A stretch of DNA of 63,519 nucleotides, counting the filler, from Choristocarpus tenellus KU-1152 (lineage: Eukaryota > Protista > Phaeophyceae), in assembly GCA_964200185.2 (NCBI GenBank). It is 11 parts of 11 records of this genome, joined end to end, with 100 filler letters (N's around TTAATTAATTAA, not from the genome) between each part and the next. Parts side by side here need not be neighbours in the genome. Positions count along the whole stretch, not along the records: positions 9,723 to 12,884 come from CAXNAD020021860.1; positions 12,985 to 20,625 come from CAXNAD020005831.1; positions 20,726 to 23,721 come from CAXNAD020023050.1; positions 23,822 to 26,944 come from CAXNAD020022162.1; 7 more parts are not named here. One strand, 5' to 3'. Both the position numbers and the translations under genes were made by a program. Positions 12,548 through 25,240 of the stretch are shown here, piece after piece. How positions within the stretch are numbered: position 1 is the first letter of the stretch; each line of letters opens with the position of its first letter. The notes beneath the pieces were generated by a model. It ran no database searches. It saw only the letters and a program-made list of their open reading frames with translations, and was not told the DNA's origin.

Positions 12548-12860
12548 TGTTACAGGCGCCCCTCGATGATCACCTTTCCAGGATGTACAANNNNNNNNNN
12601 GGTACTCTTAATTGATTCAATCAGTATAAAATGTATATAAAGTTTTGCATCAGTTTTTAAGAGTGTCGTGTGTGGGTCTCTCTGTTAGGTCAGAATAACT
12701 GAGCCGTTTTGAGCCGTTTTTAGGAACTATAAATCATCATTCGCGTGTTTAGGGGGGTTTTCGGGATCGTAAATACTGGTATGTATCTCAGAACCCTTTC
12801 CGACCATTCATTCATGGCCCTCTACAACTACCCGAGTTACAGTTTATTCTGCAACTTTTG
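12548..12860 (+). mobile_element. Second, diverged copy of the same LTR; interrupted by a MITE B end and the contig break
   Basis: Inverted match to 10200-10521, including the gagccgttttgagccgtttt repeat. Confidence 0.8.
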
Positions 12861-13467
12861 ACCCAAAGTATCTGGGAGGGGGGGNNNNNNNNNNNNNNNN
12901 NNNNNNNNNNNNNNNNNNNNNNNNNNNNTTAATTAATTAANNNNNNNNNNNNNNNNNNNNNNNNNNNNNNNNNNNNNNNNNNNNCCCTCACACAAACGTT
13001 TCCAGTCATCGTCTAGTTTGGGATCCTTTACACCACATATACCATTGAGGTACCCACCGCTCTTACAGCACTTGGGATTGTGTAGAAAGGCGGACCTGGT
13101 GTGTTTGAAGGCATCTTGCAGAGGTTTCCCGCGGCACAAGGCATTGCTTCCACTATATTCCCCTACCAGCAAAGTACTGTACTGCTGTATGGTAGCATGA
13201 ATCAGGAAGAAAGGCACTTTTCGCGACAATTTTTTACGCGTGCGCCAATCTCGCGTGAATATATCTGGGATTTTGTGCCAAACCGCCCGAATACGAGAAT
13301 TCCGGTGCAAACTCCTATTTTTTTGAGCATGTCGAAAAAAAGCGGTACAAAATTGCATATTTTTCGATTTGGTTCATAATATTTGGCCCAAACTCGGGGT
13401 AGGTACTGTACCATTGTTGTAAGTAGTAAAAAAAAAGTAGTACTACTACGTTCCGTCAGATATGTTG

Positions 13468-14358
13468 GCATATTATGGGTGCAGGAGGCAAAATATCGAT
13501 AACAGACATACCCGCACCTGCCCCAGGGCAGGGGGACAGGTACGACAGCACACTCCAAGAATGGTAAAACGCCTGCACCAACTATGTAAGGGGATAGGCA
13601 TCGCTTGCACTACGGAGGATGATAGCCCGTTTACAGTGGACAGGAATCTCCGCATTCATGGATCTGGTATGTTCCACACAGGGGCACTAGCGGACGCCGG
13701 AACAGCTCCCTACAGGGACAAAGGTCTTCTGCTAGACATCACCTTCGCAGAGGTACAGGCAAACTCCCACCTAACCCACACATCCACCAGCAATGATGAA
13801 TGGTGAATGGTGTAGATACTGCTGCAGCCGAGGCGGGAAAGCGCACCCACTACAATGGCTCCTTTGATCCTCGTAGTTATAACCTCAACACCTTCGCAGT
13901 GGAAAGTTTTGGGCACCTTGGCAAGCAAGCAGAATGCTTCCTGGATGAGCTGTCCACTCACATGATAGGGGGGAGAGGAGCTGGAGGATATTGCAGGAAA
14001 GGAGTTGTCAAATCTCGACTACGCCAAATTGTTTTGGTGACTATGCAAGTGGCATTGTCTAGACATGTCATGCACTTTAAACTAGAGTCACCAGGGAGAT
14101 GGGCACGGAGGGGTTTGTTGGATTCTTGGCATGCCTCCCTAGCTCCCCCTCCCGGGGCGCATGAGCAGGTAGATGGGAAGAACAGGAAGGCAGTAGTAGT
14201 AGTACAATATTGATAGTAGTGAAGTTACAGATCAGTGTTTTTCACAATTATAATATTTTATTTCTTTAGGGCTTATTATACTGACATATATATATATATT
14301 GTTTTCATTGGTTTCCCCCCTGACACATCTGCAAAATGTCAGAGGGCATAATAATAAT
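13468..14358 (+). mobile_element. CRE-like non-LTR retrotransposon, 5'-truncated (zinc knuckle + restriction-like endonuclease + 3' UTR), frameshifted
   Basis: GCRRQNIDNRHTRTC..GG..QH, LLLDIT, AAAEAGKRTHY, TFAVESFGHLGKQAECFLDEL; ends in an (ATA)n tail. Confidence 0.82.
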
Positions 14359-17300
14359 ATATATATATATATATGTTGGCATGGTCGCAACAACCGTCGT
14401 TTTACTTGCCACGGTAAGAAACGGTTGCTTCAGAAATTTCGACGGTATTTTTCGGTTTTTATTTTATTTTGCTCCTTCAGATTTTGTAGGGGTAAGATAC
14501 TAGGATTGGCGAGAAGGTAGGGAAGTGCCCCAAGAATATATCAGACGCCTCTGGTTTTTCGAAGACATCAATAACATTGAGAAGAAACATTTCAGTGCAG
14601 TTACATTATCCTCTCCGTCAATCCACCAAGTTTTGACCGCATTGTACGCGTCTCCATCAATGGGGATCAAGTGATCCTGAACGCCCTCACAAGATATTAA
14701 CGAGAGTGACGAGAAATTAGTTTAATTCAAAGACTGCCAAGGGATCCAACAGAACTAACCACGTCTTCATTGGAGGTCTTGATTGAGATATCATGGCCGA
14801 TTAAGCATCATTTTCAACCATTTTGAGGCGGTTTTAGCTGATGATTTTGCTAAATCTGTCATTATTTCCGCAAAAAAACGTTTGTGTTCAGAGGGTGGTT
14901 TCTCAACCAATTCGAAATGAAAACATACTTTTAAGATTTCTATGTGCAAGGCGATGGTATTAGCTATCAATCGATATTATTTGTAGTTTCTGAATCTCAC
15001 TTTTGTAAAAGTTATTCACAAAAAAACATAACGGCCCCAGACATATGGATGGGAGAGAGGGCGTAAGAATATGCCCTATTCTGTGTCCCATTCTTTCGGA
15101 ACCATTTCAGAACATAATTATTTGTAGAATTCTTTTAAATTTAGTTTATTTATGTAAAATATTTCAAGGAATCCAAATTAAAAAGTCCGTTTTGAATCGG
15201 AGGTCGTCCCAAAGAGCTACAACTTAACTGCCTAGACCTATGAGACCTATGGGACAGAGGGAGTATATAGAATTAGTGTTTCTAGGGGGTTGCGGACTCA
15301 ATTCCAGTGACTGAACTCGTGGGGCGCACAACTGATACGGCCCATTACTGTTTCCTTAGTGTGGGGTTGGCAATCATCCACACTACCTACCTTGAGCAAC
15401 TTATTTTACTTGTCTTCAGTATGACAACCATGTCTAGAACCAATCACTGGGCATCAATCAATCGAGATACGTGGTACAACAGGAAGTCATACACCAGGCA
15501 TACAAATAGAATGTTCTAACAGCTATAATATATTGGTAGATAGATCACCAACCAACTCCCAATTCTATTATCTACTCCACCAGTGATGTACATAGTGTAT
15601 CAGCACAACTATTGATGGGGACTCTCGCATAATGCGCAGTCTCAATACACCCCCAAATCATCCTTCTCGACAATAAGAGAAAAAAAATCGAGTGACACCT
15701 TTTGGACAATGCTATTCCTAATACCCTAACATCCATTTTGGTGTTGGGTCTGCACGGGTCCTTGGAATCAGCTATTTGTTTACTATCCTATTGCAGTCTC
15801 TGAGGAAACACTCTCGAATTCTTCCTCCTGTAGGTCTTTGGTAATACCGTGTTGTTCCTCCGACAAACAAAATCTCCCCAGTACATATTGCATAAAATCA
15901 CTGGAGTACAATAGTGCGATGGGGCTACCAGTTTCTACCTGTTTTATCACAACCTCTGCGACTGCATCCCTGGGTACATTCTCCGGCAAGTCCTTCACAA
16001 TATCATGTTGCTTCTCCTATAATACAGAAAATCTACTTAGTGTGATGTCTGAAGTGAATATTCGGAATAGAGTAGCCCTACTTGACAGCCTTGTTGGTGT
16101 AGAGACATGCGTTGTAGTACTGTAGGCACTCAATGTTGCTATTAGTACACATGTATGTGAAGTAATCTACATAGCAAGATGTTGTGATTAGAATGATTCA
16201 TGAGTGATGGATAGGAAATATTGTTTCATCATTTCTAAGATTGTTTGCTAGGATGATTATGGAGTTTAGGACCACCCCCCCTTGTGTTGGGAACGAGTCA
16301 CTCTCGACTGTAAATCAACAAAGTATATTCTGCATCATCATCTTCTCTGTGGTTAGGCAGTACATTCTTGTGCCATGCGAACACGTTATAATATGGACTG
16401 TCTTTCGTACAGCACATTATTTCGAAGCAATCCTCACTGGACACATGGTGAAGATGATCAATCGTGTGCCTTGGTACAGGACAATGCTTGTTGGGGTGAA
16501 TATATAATGTTAATGTTACAAGGGTCTTAATTTCGCTGACTGAACTCATGGGTTGAGACTGGTGTAGACTACTAATATGTCCTAAAATAGTGGAAAATAA
16601 CTGCGCAATAATAGCAGCCAGAGCAGGTATCCAAGCGCTGTGACCAGGACTGGTGGCTGCATCACGGAAGAAAGAAGTATTACATTTATTTCATATACAG
16701 TAGTGCACATGGTTAACTAATTTGAATATACAATATTACTATTAATTATATCCGAAGAATGGACTCCAATGAGAAGTTCCAAATTGATCTAGAGGCATTA
16801 AAGGCCAGGGCTGTAGTACAAGACACACTAAAACAAGTAACATTCTGAAACGGCCATCCCCTCAATAATATTGTTTAGCAAAAGATTGGTAGGTGGAAGG
16901 GAGGGGTGGGAGAGTGTCATCTGACGATAGTGACAGATATTCACCGGTCAGTATATAGCGATGAAGCTATTATCAACACATAGTACACAGTACCATACTA
17001 CTAATATCAGGGACGGGTCCCATTTAGGATCTGCTGAACCTCGAGGTGACAGATAGCGTGCAGACATGTGTTGTGTACACAGATTTTTCCCATTGCGGTC
17101 TGAAGGTGATGGGGTGTAGTTCAGACGCACGACCAGTTCGCGGTAACCCCGACATGAACAGTGGATTTAAACCTGCAAATCCAATATTATTGTCTTCTGT
17201 TCTGACTGCAAATACCCAATCACAGTAAGGTCTGAGGAATATGGTGCTCTCAGGGCCTTAACTCCTGTCCACCGTCTCACTTCCTCCTTAAACTAGTATA

Positions 17301-17822
17301 TCCGTCTGTGCTGGTTCTGTTCACCCCATCACACAGAACACGGCCATTCCATCACTATGTACTAACAAAGGTATCTATATTCGTTACACAAAATACCATA
17401 ATGTATTCCTTTTGGGGAAACGCTCTAATGGAATAGATTATGTATAAGAAACTACTACGTACTGTACAACTACTAGAATATAGTAGATGTTATTGTTGAC
17501 ACATTATTTGGAAAATATCACACTCCAAAATAACATATTTTAACGGTCAAAGTGACGTTTGAACTGTTAACACATTAATTAAGAGATTGTCAACTTATCA
17601 CACTAACACTACTAAAATGAAATGATGAAACACAAGAAGAATATGTATATCACCACATTCCCATCATATTTTGCATTTCTCCTTCTATTATTTCCACTCC
17701 ATTGAAATACTTAGGGACTGAACACTGTCTGGGATGAGGATGAGAGGATAAAAGGTCCCGAGGGAGAGTGGATAGGTGCGTAATTATTCCAGTTTTGGTG
17801 CTGAGGATCATCTGGTCAACAT

Positions 17823-20265
17823 ATGTGGGACTCTGACAAGAAGCACGATGGCATTAGTCCTTCTACAAATGAACCAGAAGAGACAAGTGGGTCCCGCAGG
17901 CAGTTGCGACAAGGAATGCCACAAAGACGAAACGGAGAGCGCCGAAGAGCAAGGGACAGCGGTCTAAGAGGATGGTTCAGTCCGAGTGATTGGTCTCCCA
18001 ACGGTAGAGAGGGTGTCAAATGGACGACTCTAGTTGGATCCGCTGCTATGGCATGGTTCTGTGTTATCACTTGGATGCTGGGACCTGCCTTGATAGTCGA
18101 GCCCGAACACTTTCCTGATCCCTTGGTTACGAATGGGCTGCTTGTGGGGGTTAGCACGAGCTCTTTCACAGTGGGACCGGAGGGAGGACGGGTTATGGGT
18201 GGGGCTGAACCGGATGCTTTGGAATCGTTAGTACAAGGCGATAGATCTCTGGTTGCGAACACAGTGCATATGGAACCTCTCGCACCCGCGAATCAGACGC
18301 TACCAAAAGTGGATTTGCTACTCACTATTTTCTCCGGTGATGACGAGGTATGACTTTGTTTTCGCGACACTATTCGCGGACGAGGTTACTTGTTAAGGCT
18401 TGTTCAGGTTGATTAGACCTTGAACATCTTGTGCCCCCTGACACAATGCTTTATAGTAGTTGGGGTGAATGAATCTAGACAATTGAAACCAGGATTGATA
18501 TTTTTCACATTTAAGTTGGCGTGTCCTAGGTGTCAGCGCATACCGAGCTGCAGGATATCGCATTACCCATCGACGAGTTTGTTCAAGTGGTCACTGTCGT
18601 TCAAGATCTACAAAAACCCAAACTATACTGATGATGAAGCCCCAGCATTAGAAGGGCCTACAGTTGCTCGTCGTGGCAACTGTCACCGAAAATGTTTCAG
18701 ATCCTTTCCAATACTCTGAGAAAACCTCTAAAACCCTACGGAGAACGACTTTGCGAGGTGTCCAATGTGTTTAAGCAAACCTTGTCATGCCCGACCTATA
18801 CTTCTTGAAGTATGGTGACAATCGTGTCCTGAACTACACGTGATTTATGTATCTGCCGCTGCTGGTGAACGTAAATCGTACGTTCCACCCTGTAGTTCCC
18901 ATGTAAATAGCATCCTGCCACCTGATTGCCTCGCTCCTACTTCGGCTGGAGAATTAACACCCAATCTTTCCCTGCCCCCATTGGGTTGGTTGTTCCTAAA
19001 TTCAATTTTGTGCAGGAGGCACGTGCTAAGCGGGATCTTCTCAGGCAGATATATGATAAGTATGGAGGATGGGTCATGGTTGGTGGGAAACACTCCAAGG
19101 TAGGTCAGGCACTACAGTTTAATGTGACCCAAGTTGCTTCCCTTAGCCCATCCTAACCCCTCTCACGAACATCCTGCTTTGCTAACAAATCTTGTGCTTG
19201 ATGTGCGCATGGCTTCTGAAGGGGACAAATAAGGAATATGCAGAGATGTCTGTTCAAGTTGTGTTTCTGGTGTCCAAGAGCTGGGCTCCTATGGACGGAG
19301 AGCTGATTGGGGACATACTATATGTTAATACCCCTCCTGGCTACCGGATGATCGTCCTCAAGACAAAGCGCATGATGGGTTTGGTAAGCTGCAAGTGTTA
19401 CACATGGTGTGCTGTTGAAAGGGTGTGAACTTGTATGACCTGGTACGCCACCCCTGGCTTATGTTTTGTATTGCTGGTGAATTGATGTAGCAAATATAAC
19501 TTGTGAATGAAAGATATTTCTTGCTTGCCTTTCAGATTGTTTGTATAACCATACACCCCACCCCCCTCTATTCTGCATACTGCTATGTTGTCTGATTTTG
19601 ATGCACAAAACATTTATTGGTGTTGTTGAGGTTGAGAGTAGGTACTCTGTGACATGGAGGTAAAACCATGCATAGAACTTCACTTGCATGTTCATAGTTA
19701 CACACACGGTGCACGCAAACATGCGGCACAAACATGCGGCACAAACATGCATTGTGCGCGCACAAAGTGCAGCCCAAGTCCTCTGAAAGCAACAGCAAAC
19801 ACTCATGTAGACTTGAAATGTGACAACTGCGTTATGTGCATCAATGAAGCTATGCCCTTGTGCTCTCTCTCTATCTGAATCCAGCTCCATGTGCAAGCAG
19901 TCGTTCCCTATGTCATTGATGTGGTGCACCAGTGAGGGTGGTGTGCTGGGGGTTGTGTAGGGTAGGAAGCTTTCTAATTGCAAGTATTCAACTTATAATA
20001 ACCCTGTGCCATCCCCCCCCCCTCAATCAAGTTTCTGTCTTCGCCCGTCCAACATGAAACCTGGACTCCTCCACTTGTCTGTGCCGGGTTGCGTTTCCAG
20101 GTAAAACACTTTGATTTCAAGTACCTGCTCAAGGGGGATGACGATACCTTTGTTTGCCTTAAGCGAATAGCCACCTTCCTGCACGATCAACCTAAGCACG
20201 TGCAGCCAAAGCTCTACGCCGGTGTGCCAACAGCATGCAACTTACCCACCAACCCCAATGACCAG
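17823..20265 (+). CDS. GT31 family beta-1,3-galactosyltransferase-like type II membrane protein; 3' partial. Exons 17823-18347, 19016-19099, 19222-19383, 20101-20265
   Basis: Spliced product has a TM segment (TTLVGSAAMAWFCVITWMLGPALIV), then VDLLLTIFS..KRDLLRQ, GDILYVN..GYRMIVLKT, and FKYLLKGDDDTFV (GT31 KxDDD motif). All three junctions are phase 0. Confidence 0.88.
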
Positions 20266-20572
20266 GCAGGTGGTCGCTAGTACTCACTGTAAGAAAGGGT
20301 TGCCATTGGGATGCGATTCCGAGTTGTCGATGATATTTGTGTCTACAATATTTGTCCTACCTTCTGCCTCCCTCTTCATAGAACTAAAACCTGTCTCTTT
20401 GATCCCTCTGGGATCTTCTTGCGCCCCAGTTCCTGGTGCTTGTCTGCATCTTTAACCTCCCTGATTGTCTGGTAGCAACAGTGTAAACGAATCTCCCATG
20501 CATATGTAGAACAAGAACATTTCGGTCATTGTGACTACTGAGATTCCCCCCCCCCCCCCCCCCCCCCCCTCT

Positions 20573-20610
<38 letters not shown>

Positions 20611-22576
20611 ATGCTCAATAGGTTCNNNNNNNNNNNNNNNNNNNNNNNNNNNNNNNNNNNNNNNNNNNNTTAATTAATTAANNNNNNNNNNNNNNNNNNN
20701 NNNNNNNNNNNNNNNNNNNNNNNNNGGGGGGAAGAGGATATGTAGGTATGCGGGCACACTGCGGTGTGATTTTTTTTCTTTTCAGTTCCATTTTTTTAGT
20801 TCAGGGGTCAGGGTTAGGGTGGTGTGAGTGTGCTCTCAAATCAGCCATTTATACTGTGCTAATGTATTGGCCTTTTTAAGAGTATTGTTTGTAGTGACAG
20901 TGATGTTCAGTTGGGTGTTTTTTTTTTATCAGTGTGCGGTTTTGAATTAGGCTACATGTTCTCGAGTGGGTGAATATAAAAAATCTCATGTGCAAAAAAA
21001 AAAAATAGTGAGATTGAAGAAGGCGTCAAGTATTGTTAGAGAAATCTGACATATCCAAAGTATTGTTGGAGAAATCAGTCATTTGTCGTTCTTGGAACAG
21101 AATAAGAATAGATCTTCAATACTGGAAAAAACCAAGAGTTTTGGAATAGGATAGGAGGATAGGAGCACAGGCCTTAGAGGAGTCGTGGCTTGCACTTCCA
21201 CTTGTTTCGGTATGATTCCTAGTACAAAATCGAAGTCAACATCATATCACGGGCAAATTGCATTACCATTTTTATTTTTATTTTAAGGAGGCCTTACTGG
21301 AGTTTTTTTTGGTACCCTTCTTGTTGTAATATATCTTCCTTTTTTGTTTTCATTTGTGAGAGAGGTGCGTTGTTCATGCGCCCAGGATCCAGTGTGTTTT
21401 GAAAGTAACATGTCTCTTCTTGTCAGAGTGGGTGGTAAAAAGCAATCTTGTGTATATACCGTCAACGGTACGTTGTGTAGTTGTACCACACCGCCAACTA
21501 CACTGAAACCCCATTTTTTTATTGAGAGTAGTAGTGGGATGGGAATAATGGTGTGCTGTTATGGAAGAGCTTGATGAGGCGTATTGTGGAATAAGTTTGA
21601 ATGCAATAAGTTTGTTTTTTGGAGGAGGTGGAAGATGTATTTTTTGTTCTTAATATTATTTTTGTTGTTGTAGGTACGATTGTATGAAAGCGTTTTGTGG
21701 GAGAGACCAGTCTACTTTATTTTGGTTATTTTGGTTTTGGTTATGATTGATTTATGAAGGCGTTTTGTTAGCAACACACTGTGTTGCTGTTGTGCTACTA
21801 TTGGTGGTGGTATTTTTGGGGGGGTGTGAACTGCACTGATTAAGTTCAAACTGGCCAAGTAATAGTACCTCATGTACATGTTTTGGTTAGGATGATTGAG
21901 TCTGTGCCTCCATTACATTTATTATTATTATTATTATTGATACCGATATTTATCATTGTTAATGATACTGATACTATACCAAGAATTATTATTATTAATG
22001 ATACTGATATTTATCATTGTTAATGATACTGATATTATACCAAGATTAGACCTTTTAAATTGCTTAGGGACCACTTTGAGGGTTAGGGATGTACTAGTGC
22101 TAGTTTTTCCTTAGGTTACTGCTCAAAGGTATTGGTGTGGGTAGGTAGGTGGTCATTGTCTAACCCTAACCCTAGTCCCACAGCAGCGAGGTTGTAATCT
22201 CTTCTACTTTTTTTACCTGAATACAGATATCTTAGAATCATTCTGATAAATATACATAAACGTGTGTGTGTGTGTGTGTTTTTAACAATTGTTATCTCTT
22301 CTATTTTGAATTGAGTTGGGCTGAAGAGAAGGGAAGCAGGACAGTGTGAAGATATGGTGTACAGACATGTGTCCATAGGTTCATGTCTAGCAGTAAGAAT
22401 CTATATACTAAAATCAAATTATGTACCACTACTACTGTGTTTTTGTCTTGACATTGATTTGACACACTCCAGTTGGGAGAGGAGCTATTGTCGTTTGAAT
22501 AACCACTTTATTTTTATTATATCAATGAGACCAACCGCCTGTTGCTTGCGGAAACCCCTTGCGTTTTTTTCGTATT

Positions 22577-22838
22577 GAGCCAAAGTATCTTAGAGGGTAG
22601 AGCCGCGTCCATTTGGGGGTCAAAATTCAATGTTGCAATTTTGATGTAATTTTGGCTATCGTGTTTGTTAGGAAGTGTCAATATCCTTGTTCCGGACACA
22701 CCTTTTCATAACGTATACAGCATTTTACCTACTCTGAAATTATTTTGGAGTGGGAAAATGTCCTAAAAAACCCGAGGGAAGCTATACCCCAAATGGACAA
22801 ACAGGGCAAAACTCGTACCCTCTAAGATACTTTCACTC
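22577..22838 (+). mobile_element. MITE family A, full copy, ATT target duplication
   Basis: Intact TIRs; flanks att/att; lies ~50 bp upstream of the U2AF65 acceptor. Confidence 0.92.
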
Positions 22839-22891
22839 ATTGTTTCGATGTATGTATGCTATATGCACGTGTGAACCCTCCTCCATTACAG

Positions 22892-23063
22892 GACAATACA
22901 GCTTCCACGCCCATTGGGGGGACAAGCAGTGCCTGGGGCAGGTCAGATCTTCATTGAATTTGCAGAGGTAGCTGGAGCTGATAAAGCTAGGCAGGCGTTG
23001 TCTGGCAGGAAATACAGTGGAAACCCTGTAAAGGCGTCTTTCTATCCGCTGGATTTGTTCCAG
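22892..23063 (+). CDS. U2AF2: Splicing factor U2AF large subunit (U2AF65), exon encoding the C-terminal RRM3/UHM
   Basis: cag|..|gtgcgt exon translates to TIQLPRPLGGQAVPGAGQIFIEFAEVAGADKARQALSGRKYSGNPVKASFY. This matches the U2AF65 pattern IPRP..VPGxGKIFVEF..KAxxxLxGRKF. The ORF track misses it. Confidence 0.82.
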
Positions 23064-25240
23064 GTGCGTGTGTGGCTCTAACCCTGCACTGAGTTAGATT
23101 GTAAGTGGTGATGGTGCTAGTGTAATAGCAGGGCACTAAGGGAAGATGGGGAAAAAAAAGGTAATACTTGTAAAGGTAATACTTGTGAGTATGTTGTAGT
23201 ATGGGATGCATGTAGTGCAGCAGCTTGTAATGCCTCTATCCCAAGATAGTGTAGACGTCCTTTTAGGCAGTATGTTGTTTGGCACGTGGTGCTATGTGGT
23301 GCTACGGGGCAAAGTAGATCATTAATCATCTATATTCTTTTTAACGCAGTGATTTGTAGAGATATATTTTTTTAATAAAAAAAATATTTTTATGCAGTGA
23401 AATTACACCCGGGACGTGAGTTTTGAATGGTTATTGCACAGGAGTTTTGAGAATGGGGTCTGACTGAGTGTTGTTCCTGACAACAGGTTATTATTCCTTC
23501 TGTTAGTAGTGCACTTATTTTTGTGTCAAGTGAAAAGAGTGAGAAATATTGTGGAGAAAGAAAAAGAAGGGAATTCTTATGGTTCTCTAAAATTATTTTG
23601 ATTTTCTTGTTTCCCGTGTCTGTGGTGTGTCAACCAGGATGTTTCTTTCCAGAAAATGAAAATGATGTAACTCTAGGTTTCATAACGTAGGGGGGAGGGG
23701 GGGGTGCTTCTAGTCCTTTTTNNNNNNNNNNNNNNNNNNNNNNNNNNNNNNNNNNNNNNNNNNNNTTAATTAATTAANNNNNNNNNNNNNNNNNNNNNNN
23801 NNNNNNNNNNNNNNNNNNNNNGAGCTTAATGCTCAATTTTCAAATAATACAATCTTGCACCTGAAGAGATGATCAACCTTGCCCCCCCTGCCTTACTGAG
23901 ACGACTTGCTCGCCAGGTGGCTGGACGCCACCGCCGTCCGATGTTAATAGAGCCAGTTCATGTAGCCAGTGCAGTGGTGGAGGCGGAAGAATTTCTGTCA
24001 TGGAAGAGTTGGGCAAGAAAACAAAAGAACGTGTGTGTGGTGTGTGGAAGAAAAGATAATCCTACGGAATTTTTGAAGTGGTCAATGGTCGATCGTCTTC
24101 ACCTCGTGTGTTTGCACGTGCGTGTGCACGCGCGTGCGTGGCTTGTTATTTATTTTTTCTTATGGCAGTTACGAATTGAACTGTTCGGTTCCTATTTAAT
24201 TAATTGTTAACATTTACGGTTGATCTTTTTTTTTTTCTTTTCTTGTTGGTGTGTTGGTTTGTTCTTACGGCTGGCTGGCCATGCGAGGGTTTGGTGTAAA
24301 ATGAGGCGTAGTAGTAGTAGTGGTCTGTTTTTTTTGCATCGGAAGGTGATGTCTCTGGACATGATGTACGTAGGTATGTGTGCATGTATGTATCCATGTA
24401 TGTGCTTTATGTACTTCTGTATGTAGGTTTGGTATGTGTGTACGTACATATATATATATATATATATATATATTCTTACATATTATTTGTGTCCTCTGTT
24501 CAGCATCAGTTGAATCAGGTTACGAGGACGATTAAGAATACTGCATCAGGAAGGCGTTTCTTACAGTGTCGCAAGCGGGCAGGGTAGAATAGGTAGGGAG
24601 ACTGAGTCAGATCTCGCTGAGATGAGATTTTAGGGTGTATCTCATAGTGGGTTTCTCAAAGAGTCCCCATGCAAGCGTAGTGCAGATTCTGATGCCGTCA
24701 TTTTTCAGTTGGGTAATCTGCTTGGAAAATAATGTTTTCTGAACTGGGGCCAATTAGAGGGGAGGATATTTTAGGGTTACGAATTGGCGAGGTTATTGCT
24801 TATTTAAACTGAGGAGTGGTTGGTGTAGTAATGGAAAAAAAAAATGTTTGACTTTTATTTCCTTGTGTGTGTGTTATTTATGTATGGGTGTTGCCCGCTC
24901 GCTCCGCCTAGAAATTTCTTTGTGGTGCGAGAAATTTCCTCGTGGCGCAGTGAGTATGCGCAATTTTTTGTTGTTGTTGTTGAATTCTGTTTACTTTGGA
25001 CTTGAGTAATAAGTTTTTTCCCTGTTTAGATAAAGTGTCAGTTAGTATTTTTGCATGCATGCATATATATATATATATGTGTGTGTGTGTACATAAATGC
25101 ATATATAAATGCATATATACATAAATATTAATGCATATATAAATACATATATATATATAAATAATATATAAATGCATATATAAATACATACATGAATGCG
25201 TACACACATACATACATACATATGTCTGTGACTAAAAAAG

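Noticed and set aside
10200-12860. Long-TIR element (Polinton/DIRS-like) bounded by ~320-bp inverted repeats
   Set aside because: The left copy is a complete unit with its own CAAG TSD, the copies are diverged, and the interior is unrelated TE debris.
17110-17150. tRNA-like start ggggtgtagttcag
   Set aside because: No T-loop or cloverleaf can be formed.
15780-17230. Possible minus-strand exons upstream of the GT31 gene
   Set aside because: No consistent splice chain or recognisable motif was found.
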